A DNA stretch of 64,000 nucleotides, taken from the IMG/VR virus record IMGVR_UViG_3300037516_001127, positions 1-64,000 of that record, one strand, 5' to 3'. Positions 48,587-59,040 of this stretch are shown here, one piece after another. The notes beneath the pieces are model-generated. The model ran no database searches. It had not been told where the DNA came from and worked only from the letters and a program-made list of their open reading frames with translations. The stretch is from a virus. Position numbers and translations under genes: made by a program. Positions within the stretch are counted from its first letter, which is position 1, and every line of letters begins with the position of its first letter.

Positions 48587-48729
48587 TAGATTTTCTACTC
48601 CTCTATTGAGCGGTTAATTGGATTGACCCTCAGCGTAGGTTAGCACCTAGCTTTATACAGCCGATGGTAGACAACTAAGTATACGATGTAGTGCAGGTTT
48701 TGTAAACTTTTTGATAAAACTCTTATAAA

Positions 48730-49083
48730 TTATCTTCTGGTACCTTTAGAACGACGAGTAGCCATTTCATCAGATGGCACCCGCTTAGAGATACGATCAC
48801 CTACAGAATCAGAAACCTCCGGCCCGCCAGGACCCTCAGCCATATACTCCCCAGGAGACCCAGATACATACTTCTGATAATCCCTAAAAAGCTCCTTAGA
48901 CTTATCACTCCTACTGTAATAATTTAAAGCCGCCAAATATATGTCCCTCTTCTCCTCAAAATTTTCAGAATCAGAAGAAAAAACCTCAGCCAAACCCAAA
49001 ATATGAGAACGCTTAAAAGCAGAACCAATGTTAATAAACTTAACCAGGATGCTCATCTTTTCTACGTCTGTAAATTCGCTCAT
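48730..49083 (-). CDS. Small protein coupled to the upstream GNAT protein
   Basis: ATGA overlap with the stop of 49080..53078 (start MSEFTD). Confidence 0.6.
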   Translation of the reverse strand: MSEFTDVEKMSILVKFINIGSAFKRSHILGLAEVFSSDSENFEEKRDIYLAALNYYSRSDKSKELFRDYQKYVSGSPGEYMAEGPGGPEVSDSVGDRISKRVPSDEMATRRSKGTRR

Positions 49084-52000
49084 GCTTCCCACCTAGCCCG
49101 AGTAGTCAAATCTCTTGGGTCTCTAGCAACATTTCCTTCATACTTAAAAGTTCCTCCAGCGTAACCACCAAAATTTTCATTCCTCATTTGCTGGCTTCGC
49201 TCACCAGCCGTCATCGTAGAATTAATCTCAGAAAATTCAAGAACAGCTAGATACTCACCTAACCCAGGCGCAGAAAGATGAGAATGCCGTAAACTTTCAC
49301 TCTTATTGATAAGGAACTCGACAAGAGCAGCCTGAGCGTCATTCAAAATAATCGAGTCAATACCAGCCCTATAATCTTGCAGCTTATCCGTCATGGCCGT
49401 CGCTAAATTCCGATAATAGTCATCATTTTGTGGCCGGAACCCGACGCGAGCCCACACATAAGTACCATCGGAGATAGGTGTCACATTAGTGCCTACAAAA
49501 CCTGCAGCGTTAGCCCACATAAATGTGTGAGGATTAAAAACTGTTTGAAATCCAGAATTTCTGGCTTCACTAGCAAATACGGTATGGATGCCAGCATCAG
49601 CCCCCATATACATATATGAGTTGTTTGTTGTAGCGCCCCCGATGCTAGGACGGCTATAAATACTTCTGGAGAAGTGTCCAACCTTTTCCCAGTCTTGTGT
49701 ATCTTCATTGAATTTAAAAATATTTCCATAAAAATTGAGTGGGACACTACTCTCACTTCGATCTAAAACGGTTTTAAATAATGACCCATCTCTAGTCCTA
49801 ATAGGAATACTTCCGTCTTCGACGCTATGCCCCCAAACGCTTTGCGCCCATCTCCACATAGCGTCTTCAGCAGCCCGATCGCCAGTACCCCTTGCCGCAT
49901 CATACATCTGATAAAAATCGTCAATATTTTGAGGATTATGATCGGCATCCAACCAGGGTGCATCAGTCTGACCATAACGCTCGACAACATGATTAGCTAA
50001 AACATTTATACGGGCGTCGCGAACCCTGTTAATTATAAACTCTGCTTTTTCTTCAATAGTAACCAATTGTTCATAAGCGTTATGGACATCAAGATGTGTT
50101 GATATGGCCGCATCAATTTGTCTTGTTCGCTCAATGACATCAAATCCTTCAAGATCTTGCTCATTCAAATATTCGACTCTGGCAATACCAAGTTCAGAAA
50201 GATAAGATTCTGATTCTTTGATTAGGTTTGTTGCTTTTTGAAAAGATTCAAAATCTCCACCATCGTACCGTTCTTCTGCAAACTTATTAAGTTTTTGGAT
50301 ATTTGCAAGTAAGTCTTTTTGGGTTCTATTAAATTCTGTTTCGTCTTGAATGATCGTGTCTAGACTAGATAGTGAATCTAAAGTTTCAATCAGCTCACCT
50401 GGCTTGTCAATAAATTCTTCCCTCCGGTCATCAGATAACTTTTTGATTTGAACAACCGGGCGCATTAAAAGTGGAGGCGCATCTGGGCGACTCGAAGGCA
50501 CCTTGTAACTTTCAATATCACGAATAGATTGCCAATTCAGACTACGCCAATCACGATGATCGTTTGCTTCATCCATATCCTCACCGCCTATTTCATCAGG
50601 AAGAAAAAGGAACTCTAACTGACCTGGCAAGTTATCAACACGAGCTTTTAATAGATCAAATTCCTCTCGCGAAATATAAGAATCAGGAGCACGACCAAAC
50701 CTTATATCGTTAAACTTATCTAACATATTTGATCTATCACGAAAAATAGAATCTCTATCTTTTTTCAAATATCTAAAATAGTAATTCCTGTATTGAGAAA
50801 TTACGTCATTGTAAAATTCGGTATCATCATCATTTTTTCTTTGCCTTACTAAACCACTTATGAAGGAACGTAACTCTTTTTCTCTATTACGAAACTCGGC
50901 CACCGCCTCTTCGGTAGCATCATCAGCAACTTGTTGCTGAGCAAGATCCATGTAAATTGTCAAAGCGCTGCCGTCGGCATTAATCTGTGCTTTTGCGTTT
51001 TCTGTAAGCGGATCTGGTGGAGCTATAGCCTTTTCCCAAAGTTCAACTATTCCATCAAACACCTCTCGGGCACGTTGTTCTCCCGCCAAACTTACACCGT
51101 TCTGAGGATCATCACTATTAGTCGCTGTAACCCAGTATTGTAAAAGGTCATCTAAATTATCGTTTGCAGCTAGAATCCGATCATCGGATAATTCACCTGC
51201 TAGTTGCCATGCATCAGTTACCCGGTCGGCTTCATCTAATTTTTGAGTTAAATCATTTAATAAAATTTCATCGTTAGCATCAAGAAGTAGTCGCTCATCG
51301 GATGAAATGTCAGATGAGCGTTGCCTTTCAAATGAAGGTGCTGTTACCCCATTTTCGGTAAGCACACGATTCCTGCTAAACGCATCCAGAGGCGAGGTTC
51401 CATTCCTTATTTGCTCCAGCTCTTGCTGCTGGAGACGGTCAAAGATGCCCGTAGGTGTAGCATTCTGGGCCATAGCATTTGTCCAAAGTCCAACTATCCG
51501 ATCATGAATCGCTCTGGCATCTAATTCTCCCGCCAAACTCATACCATTAACAGAATCATAACTGTTACTCATTCGAACCCAAGCTTCTAAAAGCTCATCC
51601 AAATTAGTCTGTGCAAGTTGAACCTGATCGTCATCCAATGGATAACCTGCATCGAACCGCATTTGCCATCTATCAGTTACCCGGATGGCCTCATTTAACC
51701 TCGCATTTAAATCATCGCTTGCAATTTCATCATTAATATTAAGAAGCGCTTGCTCAGGATATGAAGGTTCAATTGTGCGTTGCCTATTAAATGAAGGTGC
51801 CGTTACACCATTCCTGATAAGCAAATCTCTCCTAGATTCTTGATCCAGTCCTGACGTACCGGCTATTACTTGGCGTAGGTCTTCCGCTTCTTGATCTGTG
51901 ATTGCCTGAGCGTTCCTATCAGCCCGGTCTATCCAACCGGCTTCCGCTGCCGCCCTTGCCTGCTCGTTCGCATCCAACTGCTGCTGCCGCAACTCAGCGC

Positions 52001-53078
52001 CTTGCTGAAGCCGCTCAGCCACTTCCCAGCCACGCCTTACGTCATCCTTAACCAGGTCAAAAGCCATAGCATTCGAATCGTATCGCTCATTCAAATCATC
52101 ATAAATATCGTTATAAGAATTACTTAAAGTTTCAAGTTCTTCATCAGAAAGTGAATCAAAATCAAACTCCTTAAACATGTCATTAAGGTCAGCTGATAAC
52201 TTTTCCATTTCATCTAAACGGTCCTGAAAGCCTCTTGTGTTAACATCCCAAAAGGTTTCAAAATCGACGACTGGTCTGATAACCGTATTCCTAGATACTG
52301 CCAGGACAGCAGCCCTTGCCAAATCATCCGCATTCAAAGATTGCCTTCGATCAGAAAGCAACCTTTGAGCCCTATCAGAAACAGCAGACAGCTCCTCCTG
52401 AGCATCAACAAACGCCTCACTCGGAGAATCCTCCACCACAGGCTTATTAGCCACAGATAACTCATCCCGAACAGTCGCCTCACGCACCCGAGAAGGAGTC
52501 CTCGGAGTTTTCTGACGCGCAACATCAACCGAAACAGCACGCTCATCCGCCCGAGAAGGAAGCTCATCCTCACCCGAATCACCCTCAACAACATCACCTA
52601 AACGTTCCAAACCCCTAGCCACAGCATCACGGGCACGCCCAACAATACCAGGAGTAGCAGGCCGCTCCTGATTCGTCCCCTCCTGAACAAGATTATCGGC
52701 ATCAGCATCAACAGCGTTCGGATCATACGCAGCCACCCGAGCATTCCGAGTTCGCCCTATAGCCCCCACAGGATTGTCAGGCTTACTACGCCTACGGCTA
52801 CGACCAATACGCTCACCAGTACCACGATTAAAACGCCTACCCAAAATCTTAGTATCATCAACATCAAACTCAGCGACAAGACGACGCGTAACAGCAGAAC
52901 CATACTCCCGACCAAAATCATTCGTCAACTGCCCGCCACCACTCCCAGGAGGGCACCGAAACCCTTCTAAACTTGAATCCCAAACAGCATCAAAAGACTT
53001 CGCCGCAAAAGCATAAGACGCCAAACGTTGATCATAAACAAACGCACCAACACGGGCATCTACGACTGCTCTTTTCAC
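49080..53078 (-). CDS. Tagged modular protein, 1332 aa, with a C-terminal divergent GNAT domain
   Basis: FRCPPGSGGGQLT, tag AYDPNAVDADADNLVQEGTNQERP, ~150-aa internal duplication, C-terminal VGHFSR...ARNSGFQT...DGTYVWARVGF. Confidence 0.7.
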   Translation of the reverse strand: MKRAVVDARVGAFVYDQRLASYAFAAKSFDAVWDSSLEGFRCPPGSGGGQLTNDFGREYGSAVTRRLVAEFDVDDTKILGRRFNRGTGERIGRSRRRSKPDNPVGAIGRTRNARVAAYDPNAVDADADNLVQEGTNQERPATPGIVGRARDAVARGLERLGDVVEGDSGEDELPSRADERAVSVDVARQKTPRTPSRVREATVRDELSVANKPVVEDSPSEAFVDAQEELSAVSDRAQRLLSDRRQSLNADDLARAAVLAVSRNTVIRPVVDFETFWDVNTRGFQDRLDEMEKLSADLNDMFKEFDFDSLSDEELETLSNSYNDIYDDLNERYDSNAMAFDLVKDDVRRGWEVAERLQQGAELRQQQLDANEQARAAAEAGWIDRADRNAQAITDQEAEDLRQVIAGTSGLDQESRRDLLIRNGVTAPSFNRQRTIEPSYPEQALLNINDEIASDDLNARLNEAIRVTDRWQMRFDAGYPLDDDQVQLAQTNLDELLEAWVRMSNSYDSVNGMSLAGELDARAIHDRIVGLWTNAMAQNATPTGIFDRLQQQELEQIRNGTSPLDAFSRNRVLTENGVTAPSFERQRSSDISSDERLLLDANDEILLNDLTQKLDEADRVTDAWQLAGELSDDRILAANDNLDDLLQYWVTATNSDDPQNGVSLAGEQRAREVFDGIVELWEKAIAPPDPLTENAKAQINADGSALTIYMDLAQQQVADDATEEAVAEFRNREKELRSFISGLVRQRKNDDDTEFYNDVISQYRNYYFRYLKKDRDSIFRDRSNMLDKFNDIRFGRAPDSYISREEFDLLKARVDNLPGQLEFLFLPDEIGGEDMDEANDHRDWRSLNWQSIRDIESYKVPSSRPDAPPLLMRPVVQIKKLSDDRREEFIDKPGELIETLDSLSSLDTIIQDETEFNRTQKDLLANIQKLNKFAEERYDGGDFESFQKATNLIKESESYLSELGIARVEYLNEQDLEGFDVIERTRQIDAAISTHLDVHNAYEQLVTIEEKAEFIINRVRDARINVLANHVVERYGQTDAPWLDADHNPQNIDDFYQMYDAARGTGDRAAEDAMWRWAQSVWGHSVEDGSIPIRTRDGSLFKTVLDRSESSVPLNFYGNIFKFNEDTQDWEKVGHFSRSIYSRPSIGGATTNNSYMYMGADAGIHTVFASEARNSGFQTVFNPHTFMWANAAGFVGTNVTPISDGTYVWARVGFRPQNDDYYRNLATAMTDKLQDYRAGIDSIILNDAQAALVEFLINKSESLRHSHLSAPGLGEYLAVLEFSEINSTMTAGERSQQMRNENFGGYAGGTFKYEGNVARDPRDLTTRARWEA

Positions 53079-53341
53079 GGTTCAAAAATCCCAACTTTGA
53101 TTAAGCCTTTAACTTCGTCAGCTACTTCGTCCTCAAAGATTTCGTAAAGCTCTTTATTTGAGTAACCCCAGCCGGAACCGATGAGCGGCTCAAGTTTCTT
53201 AATATTTTTGATGTAAATACGTTTCGCCCATTCGGTTGCTTCTTGTTCATAAGCTGGATCGCAGTAAACTTCGACGCCTTTGTCATTTTCGACAAATGCG
53301 TACATGAGTGTCTTGTTGTAAATAATTTTTCCAATTCTCAT
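53075..53341 (-). CDS. Small protein downstream of the kinase protein
   Basis: RBS AGGAGA; GTGA overlap with the next gene. Confidence 0.65.
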   Translation of the reverse strand: MRIGKIIYNKTLMYAFVENDKGVEVYCDPAYEQEATEWAKRIYIKNIKKLEPLIGSGWGYSNKELYEIFEDEVADEVKGLIKVGIFEP

Positions 53342-53380
53342 CTTTTTCTCCTATTTAAAATATTTGTGAAACCTAAAAAA

Positions 53381-56300
53381 TCAGACTGCACCATTTGGAA
53401 TAATTGATTCCAGAATAGAATCAGGATCTGTATCCAAAATCCATTGTATACGATCAGCGGTAGTGCTTACCGATTCGCTCGCCGTAAAGTCGGCACCTGC
53501 ACCATACATGATTTCAGCTATAGCAGCGCTCACCTCTTTAGCAGAATCTGCGTCGCGTAGACGACCCTGCGCCCGCTGAATAGCACTTATGAGCTCTGCT
53601 CTGGTTTCAACCCAGTTGTCACGACCGGGTCCACTACGTTTATAAATTTCCAAAACAAGATAATTAGTTCTTCTACTGCCACCCTCGGCGCTATGACTCC
53701 ATTCGCTAAGAGTAGTCCATTGGGGATCGTGGGGGTTAAACCCTGCCCCAAATCCCATTCCGTGATCAATTGGGATCAGGCTAACTCTACCTTCAGCATC
53801 CCGTGTGCTCATGATGTTAGCTATGTGTCGGTCGTCGTTAAGGATTGTCCAGTCTAGCAGAGTCATTGATATTAGGTCATCTGCCCCAATATCGGTTGGT
53901 TGTCCTGCTATACCCATAGAGACATCGTCACCAAAACTGTTTTGAGCTAATTCGATAACGATTGGCCTGGCAACAGAACCAGTATTACCTACCCCATATT
54001 CGCGATGAATAATGGGCACGCCATCAATGGGTGCTTGTTCGACAGGCCGGGGGGCACCCCATCTGAATGAGCTTGTAGCGAACCCAAATCTTTCAGCAAT
54101 ATGTGCTCCGAGCATTTCAGAAAAATCTTCACGAATGCCAGTAGAGACACTATTTCCGTATTTGATGGCGATACGTTGTTTTGTTTCACGGTCATAGAAC
54201 ATTTGTATGCCGTTAGCGCCTTGATCCGAACCGCCGATTGGGAGGAATCTTTCGCTCATAGGGTTATCAGCAATAAAGTCGATTAGTTCTTGTTTGTCCT
54301 CTTCCCATACCCTGACTTGATCAGGGCGAGTAGGTTTACGGTCACCCCTCTCCGTAACTATCATTGCATCTAGATCTGATTTAGCTAGAATGGTTTCAGC
54401 ATCAGAAGCATCCAATTGATCTACATATGTTTGAATATCTTCCGGGTCAACATACGTTGAATACCTTGGCAGTTCTAAAGACTCAACGTCAACACTATTA
54501 TCAACAATTGAGTTGGCAAGAAGATCATCAGGGACCTCAGACAAAGCGCCACCACCCGAAACATGATCCTTAGCTTCGGCAGCATTATGGATACCAGGTT
54601 CGCCCTCAGCAGGTGTCGCTACCTCGCCTGGCAAGTGGAAACCGGCAGCGTCAACGCCACCGAGTTTAGCGTCCAACCCGTCATCAACTTTTTGGGCTAA
54701 ACCTGTAGCCGCTTCACGGGCTTTAGAAGTAGATGCGGTAGATGGGTCAGAAATACCTTCTGGTTTAGGTGGATACATTTCGTTGCGTGTACGAACGTTA
54801 CGCTCTTCAAGCCTCTGGATGTGGTCCATGAGAGCTTCGGCTGCAGGTACGTTATTACGCTCCATCAGTTCCGATGCTTGAACCCAGAGTTCCCGAGCGT
54901 ATTGTTCGCTATCAAAAATGCTTATAGGGCTTTTACCGTCAACTATTGTGTCAACACTAGTTTTGATGCTTTGAACTAGTTGTTCTTGCTGCTCGGCTTC
55001 AGCTTTGGCTTGGGCTTCTCGTTCGTTAACGTCTCGTGCTAGTCGGCTAGAGGTATCTACACGATCAGCGATATCCGAAGTGACATTTCTAGGTGTGGGA
55101 TCGACCGCATCTGGGGTCGTCGGAGCAGGAACTACGTCTGGCACAGCAGCTTGCGCTTTTTCTATATCGTCTAGTTTCTGCTGCTCATCTTTAAGGCCAG
55201 CGTCAATAAGCTTGTCTATCATTTGACCCACCCGCATCTGGTCACGTTGCAGGTAAGTGTTTCCAGGTTTGCGGTATGCCCTAAGTTTCTCTAAGAGCTC
55301 TTTATAAGATTCGCCACCTACCGCAGGATCGCTGATAGCTGCATCAATTTCTTGTGTGAGGCTTTCGAATCCTTCGTTGTCAAATTCTGGTGTGCTAGGT
55401 GTTTCTGGTGGCCTTGGTGGTACCGTCCGGCCTTCTGCCTCTATTGGCGGTACTTCTGGTGCAGGTCCAAGAGATGGGGGTGTTTCGATAGGCTGGTATT
55501 GGTCTATTACTTCTGAGGGTTGGATTGCCTCGGGTGCCGCTTGTGGTTGTCCTGGGGGGTTGGCAAATGCTTCCCAGTCTGGTGGAGCGTATTGGCGTGG
55601 GGTTTCAGTGGCGGCAGGGGTTTCTTGTGGTGACGCAGCAGGAGTTGAATCACCCCAGATATCGTCTTCAATTTTGAGCGGTTGAGGGATGTAGGTGGCT
55701 TCAGGGGTTTCAGTTTTTGGTTGCTCGGGTTCAGGTTTAGGTTCAATCCTAGGTTCAGGTTTAGGCTTCTCGGGCTTTACTTTTCTGCCTATCTCAAACC
55801 CTTTATTTACTTCAGGATCTCTATCTGAACGGGTTGATAAAGCTCTTTTTAAACTCTGATCAAACTCTGGATTCTCCCTAAAAAAATTGGCTAGGTCTTC
55901 CTCTGTAGTAGTGCCATCAAGTAGGCCTGCTCCGAGACGGTCATATTCTTTTGCCCAATCAGTATCATAAGAAATTACACCCGTCTCATCGCTATTGACT
56001 TTAGGATTGCCATTAGCGTCAACCGAACGGAAAAGTGCTCCTGGAAGATTGGTATCATTGATACCTTCAGCTAGTTCGGCTCCAATCTCCTCACCTCCCA
56101 GGAACTCAGCTAAACGCTGCTCGCGAGTTAAACCGAGTTCAGGATCTCGGCCCTCTGCGCCTCTAACATGTCCTGCTATTCTGCTTATAGCTTCAGAACG
56201 TTCATCAGGAGTCAAATCATAATTATCTACTTCGTATTCGACCGCACCAGCTTGTTGATCCAGTGGCAAAATTTGTGCAGCATTTACAGTTTGTAGTTTC

Positions 56301-59038
56301 TGAAATTCCTCTTCAGGTATATCAACATAACGTACTCTTCGAACAAGGTCCTCAGGATCTTGATATGAGGTTTCACCTGTCCGGGGATCAGTGACAAGCT
56401 CTTGAACACCATCTGGCAACTTGCCAAAAGCATGACCTTCAGCCCTTCGCGCGTCTTCAGCCCACCACATTCCCGTGTACTGCTCTTCGTCTACACCATT
56501 CGTATACCGTGTTGAACCCAACGGGGTTCCCTCAGAATCAACAATATCCCCCCTGAACAAACGGCGATAACCCTCAGGGATAGGCGGCAAACCATTCTGC
56601 GCTTCCACAACATCCGGCTGCGGTGGAGCCACAGGCAGATTCGTTACGTCATCTAGCGGTTTATCCCCAAAAGGACTTGGCCCAACAGGATTTCCGTCTT
56701 TATCTAGTCCGAGTTTTTCACGGAGTTCGATTAGGCGTCGGGTTCGACGCTCTTGAGGTGTTTCCCCTGGTGGGCCGTCTTGAGGGGTTTCAGGTGTATT
56801 TTCGGGTTCGTTATCGTTTCCACTAGTAGGTTTACGCGGTGGACGTTTAACCGGCTTTACTTCGCCTTCGGGGGTTTCACCCTCGATCAGGGGAGTTACG
56901 TTTTCTTCACGATCGCGTTCTAAAGTCGCACGAATCCGCTCAGCTCTTTCACGGTTACGTTTCTGAGCAGCAGTTTCCTTAGGCTTCTCAACGAAAGGAT
57001 TGGGACCCTCTTCAGGTCGTTCCGCTGGAGGCTCAATACCCTCAAAAGGATTCGGAGGCCCTTCAGGCTTATCCGCTTCGGGGACATCACCTTCGCCCTC
57101 AAGCAGGGGAGTTATGTTTTCTTCAGCACCTTCAGGCGGCTTTAGCCTTGCCTGAATCCGTTCGCGCATTTCCCGATTACGCTTTTGGGTAGCAGTTTCC
57201 TTAGGCTTGACAGGTTCGGGGGGAACTTCAGGAGCGGCCTGTGGTTCGCCTGACTCAGGGGTTCCGTCGGGCTTGTCAGCTTCGGGAACATCACCTTCAG
57301 GCTTGTCAGCTTCAGGGACATCACCCTCAAGCAAGGGGGCTACGTTCTCTTCACGATCGCGTTCTAAAGTCGCACGAATCCGCTCAGCTCTTTCACGGTT
57401 ACGCTTTTGGGCACGCGTCTCTTTGGGCTTTGGTGGTTCTTCCGGCCCACCCGGCTCAGGAGTCGGAGTCTCCTCTGGCTCAGGAGTCTCTTCAGGAGTA
57501 CCTGGCTCAGGTTCACCCTCTGGTGGCTCTTCAGGGTTTGGAATCTCCTCACGGGCACCAGGTTCAGGAGGAGCCTCAGGAGCTGGAGTCTTCTCCGGCT
57601 CACCTGGCTTAGGAGTCTCTTCAGGCGGAGCTTCAGGTGGCTCTTCTGGTTTACCGGGTTCAGGAGTAGCTTCAGGTTTATCCTCAGGAGCAGCTTCGGG
57701 CTCACCCTCTGGAGTCTTTTCAGGAGTTGCCTCAGGAGTTCCTGGCTCAGGAGTCGGAGTCTCTTCAGGAGTCGGCTCAGGTTCACCCGGCTCAGGAGTC
57801 GGCTCAGGCGTAGCTTCAGGCGGAGCTTCAGGCTTACCCTCAGGCTTACCCTCACCCTCGCGTTCGCGTCGCATCATCTCCTCAAAATCTTTGAGGTCCT
57901 GCTTCGCTTTCTCCCTCTCCTGCTTCGCTCTCTCCTTTTCCTCCTTTATTCTCTCCCTCTCCTCTTTCTCCCTCTCCTTTAGCCATTCATCAGATTCTCT
58001 ATCACGTTTGAAATATTTTTTATCAAGATATTCTGCTATCTGATCCAGATCTTCAGAACTATAAGGATTTTCATTATTACGCTTCTTAATCCAATCTAAC
58101 CATGCGTCAATTTCCGCAAGATCCCTGTCTCGTTCTAAGAAGTCGCTACCACCAAACGAAAGTCGTCTAGCTTCCACCTTCCGTCTTGCCTCTTCAAGAA
58201 GCTTCTTAACCTCACGTTCCTTTTCCTTATCCCTAACAACAGGCTTACCTTCCGGCTTACCCGGCTCAGGACCATCTTCAGGAGGATAAAGATCTTCCGG
58301 TTCAGGCGTTGAAGGCGTATCAACCCAAGGATCTTCCGGTCCAGAACCACCAGAATTTGGCATATTCGGGTCATTCGCCCAAACAGTCGGCGCATCAGGA
58401 TTATTAGGATCATAATTAGGGTCCCAAGGACGATCAGAAGGATTATGGGTAGCCATATATCGGTCATAAATAATCTGAGCATTTGCTTGTTCGCCTGAAT
58501 CACCAAGGATATTCCTTCGGTTGCCAGACTCATAAAGAGCTCTAGCTCTAGCCGGGCTATAAGCACGACCGCTACCAGGTGTAGGAGGTGGAGTCGTACC
58601 CCCAGGAGCGTTAGGAGGTGGAGTTGCACCCCCACCAGGATTATTGGTGCCACCAGGATTGCTGGTACCACCGCCCCCAGGACCACCACCACCCGGGTTA
58701 TTAGGCCCACCACCACCAGGAACGCCACCACCAGGAACACCAGGCCGCTCCTGAGTCGTACCCTCCTGAACTAAACCATCAGCATCAGCATCAGCAGCAT
58801 TAGGATCATAAGCAGCAGGACGCTTCCCCCCGCCACCACCACCGCCAACACCATCACCATCACGCCTAAAAGCCTCACCAATAGCCTCAGCTAAACTCCC
58901 ACCACCACCACGACCACCACCACGACCACCCCCACCAATACGGCGAAGAATACCCATACCAAACATCTTCGCTTCAACAGCATCATCAGACGAATCAAGC
59001 GAAGCGTTAATCCGATCCTCAATTGGGACATCACCCAT
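53381..59038 (-). CDS. Tagged modular protein, 1885 aa: Gly/Pro and Pro/Glu repeats, ART-like segment, C-terminal HipA/PI3K-like kinase
   Basis: Tag AYDPNAADADADGLVQEGTTQERP; kinase motifs GANG...IAIKY...SEMLG...LDWTILNDDRHIANIM...IPIDHG. Confidence 0.75.
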   Translation of the reverse strand: MGDVPIEDRINASLDSSDDAVEAKMFGMGILRRIGGGGRGGGRGGGGSLAEAIGEAFRRDGDGVGGGGGGGKRPAAYDPNAADADADGLVQEGTTQERPGVPGGGVPGGGGPNNPGGGGPGGGGTSNPGGTNNPGGGATPPPNAPGGTTPPPTPGSGRAYSPARARALYESGNRRNILGDSGEQANAQIIYDRYMATHNPSDRPWDPNYDPNNPDAPTVWANDPNMPNSGGSGPEDPWVDTPSTPEPEDLYPPEDGPEPGKPEGKPVVRDKEKEREVKKLLEEARRKVEARRLSFGGSDFLERDRDLAEIDAWLDWIKKRNNENPYSSEDLDQIAEYLDKKYFKRDRESDEWLKEREKEERERIKEEKERAKQEREKAKQDLKDFEEMMRREREGEGKPEGKPEAPPEATPEPTPEPGEPEPTPEETPTPEPGTPEATPEKTPEGEPEAAPEDKPEATPEPGKPEEPPEAPPEETPKPGEPEKTPAPEAPPEPGAREEIPNPEEPPEGEPEPGTPEETPEPEETPTPEPGGPEEPPKPKETRAQKRNRERAERIRATLERDREENVAPLLEGDVPEADKPEGDVPEADKPDGTPESGEPQAAPEVPPEPVKPKETATQKRNREMRERIQARLKPPEGAEENITPLLEGEGDVPEADKPEGPPNPFEGIEPPAERPEEGPNPFVEKPKETAAQKRNRERAERIRATLERDREENVTPLIEGETPEGEVKPVKRPPRKPTSGNDNEPENTPETPQDGPPGETPQERRTRRLIELREKLGLDKDGNPVGPSPFGDKPLDDVTNLPVAPPQPDVVEAQNGLPPIPEGYRRLFRGDIVDSEGTPLGSTRYTNGVDEEQYTGMWWAEDARRAEGHAFGKLPDGVQELVTDPRTGETSYQDPEDLVRRVRYVDIPEEEFQKLQTVNAAQILPLDQQAGAVEYEVDNYDLTPDERSEAISRIAGHVRGAEGRDPELGLTREQRLAEFLGGEEIGAELAEGINDTNLPGALFRSVDANGNPKVNSDETGVISYDTDWAKEYDRLGAGLLDGTTTEEDLANFFRENPEFDQSLKRALSTRSDRDPEVNKGFEIGRKVKPEKPKPEPRIEPKPEPEQPKTETPEATYIPQPLKIEDDIWGDSTPAASPQETPAATETPRQYAPPDWEAFANPPGQPQAAPEAIQPSEVIDQYQPIETPPSLGPAPEVPPIEAEGRTVPPRPPETPSTPEFDNEGFESLTQEIDAAISDPAVGGESYKELLEKLRAYRKPGNTYLQRDQMRVGQMIDKLIDAGLKDEQQKLDDIEKAQAAVPDVVPAPTTPDAVDPTPRNVTSDIADRVDTSSRLARDVNEREAQAKAEAEQQEQLVQSIKTSVDTIVDGKSPISIFDSEQYARELWVQASELMERNNVPAAEALMDHIQRLEERNVRTRNEMYPPKPEGISDPSTASTSKAREAATGLAQKVDDGLDAKLGGVDAAGFHLPGEVATPAEGEPGIHNAAEAKDHVSGGGALSEVPDDLLANSIVDNSVDVESLELPRYSTYVDPEDIQTYVDQLDASDAETILAKSDLDAMIVTERGDRKPTRPDQVRVWEEDKQELIDFIADNPMSERFLPIGGSDQGANGIQMFYDRETKQRIAIKYGNSVSTGIREDFSEMLGAHIAERFGFATSSFRWGAPRPVEQAPIDGVPIIHREYGVGNTGSVARPIVIELAQNSFGDDVSMGIAGQPTDIGADDLISMTLLDWTILNDDRHIANIMSTRDAEGRVSLIPIDHGMGFGAGFNPHDPQWTTLSEWSHSAEGGSRRTNYLVLEIYKRSGPGRDNWVETRAELISAIQRAQGRLRDADSAKEVSAAIAEIMYGAGADFTASESVSTTADRIQWILDTDPDSILESIIPNGAV
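56880..57860 (-). repeat. Pro/Glu low-complexity repeats plus three KPKET.AQKRNRE..ERI.A.L units
   Basis: Repeated ggctcaggagtc / cttcagg units; near-identical blocks at about 56900-56985 and 57345-57430. Confidence 0.9.
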
Positions 59039-59040
59039 AA

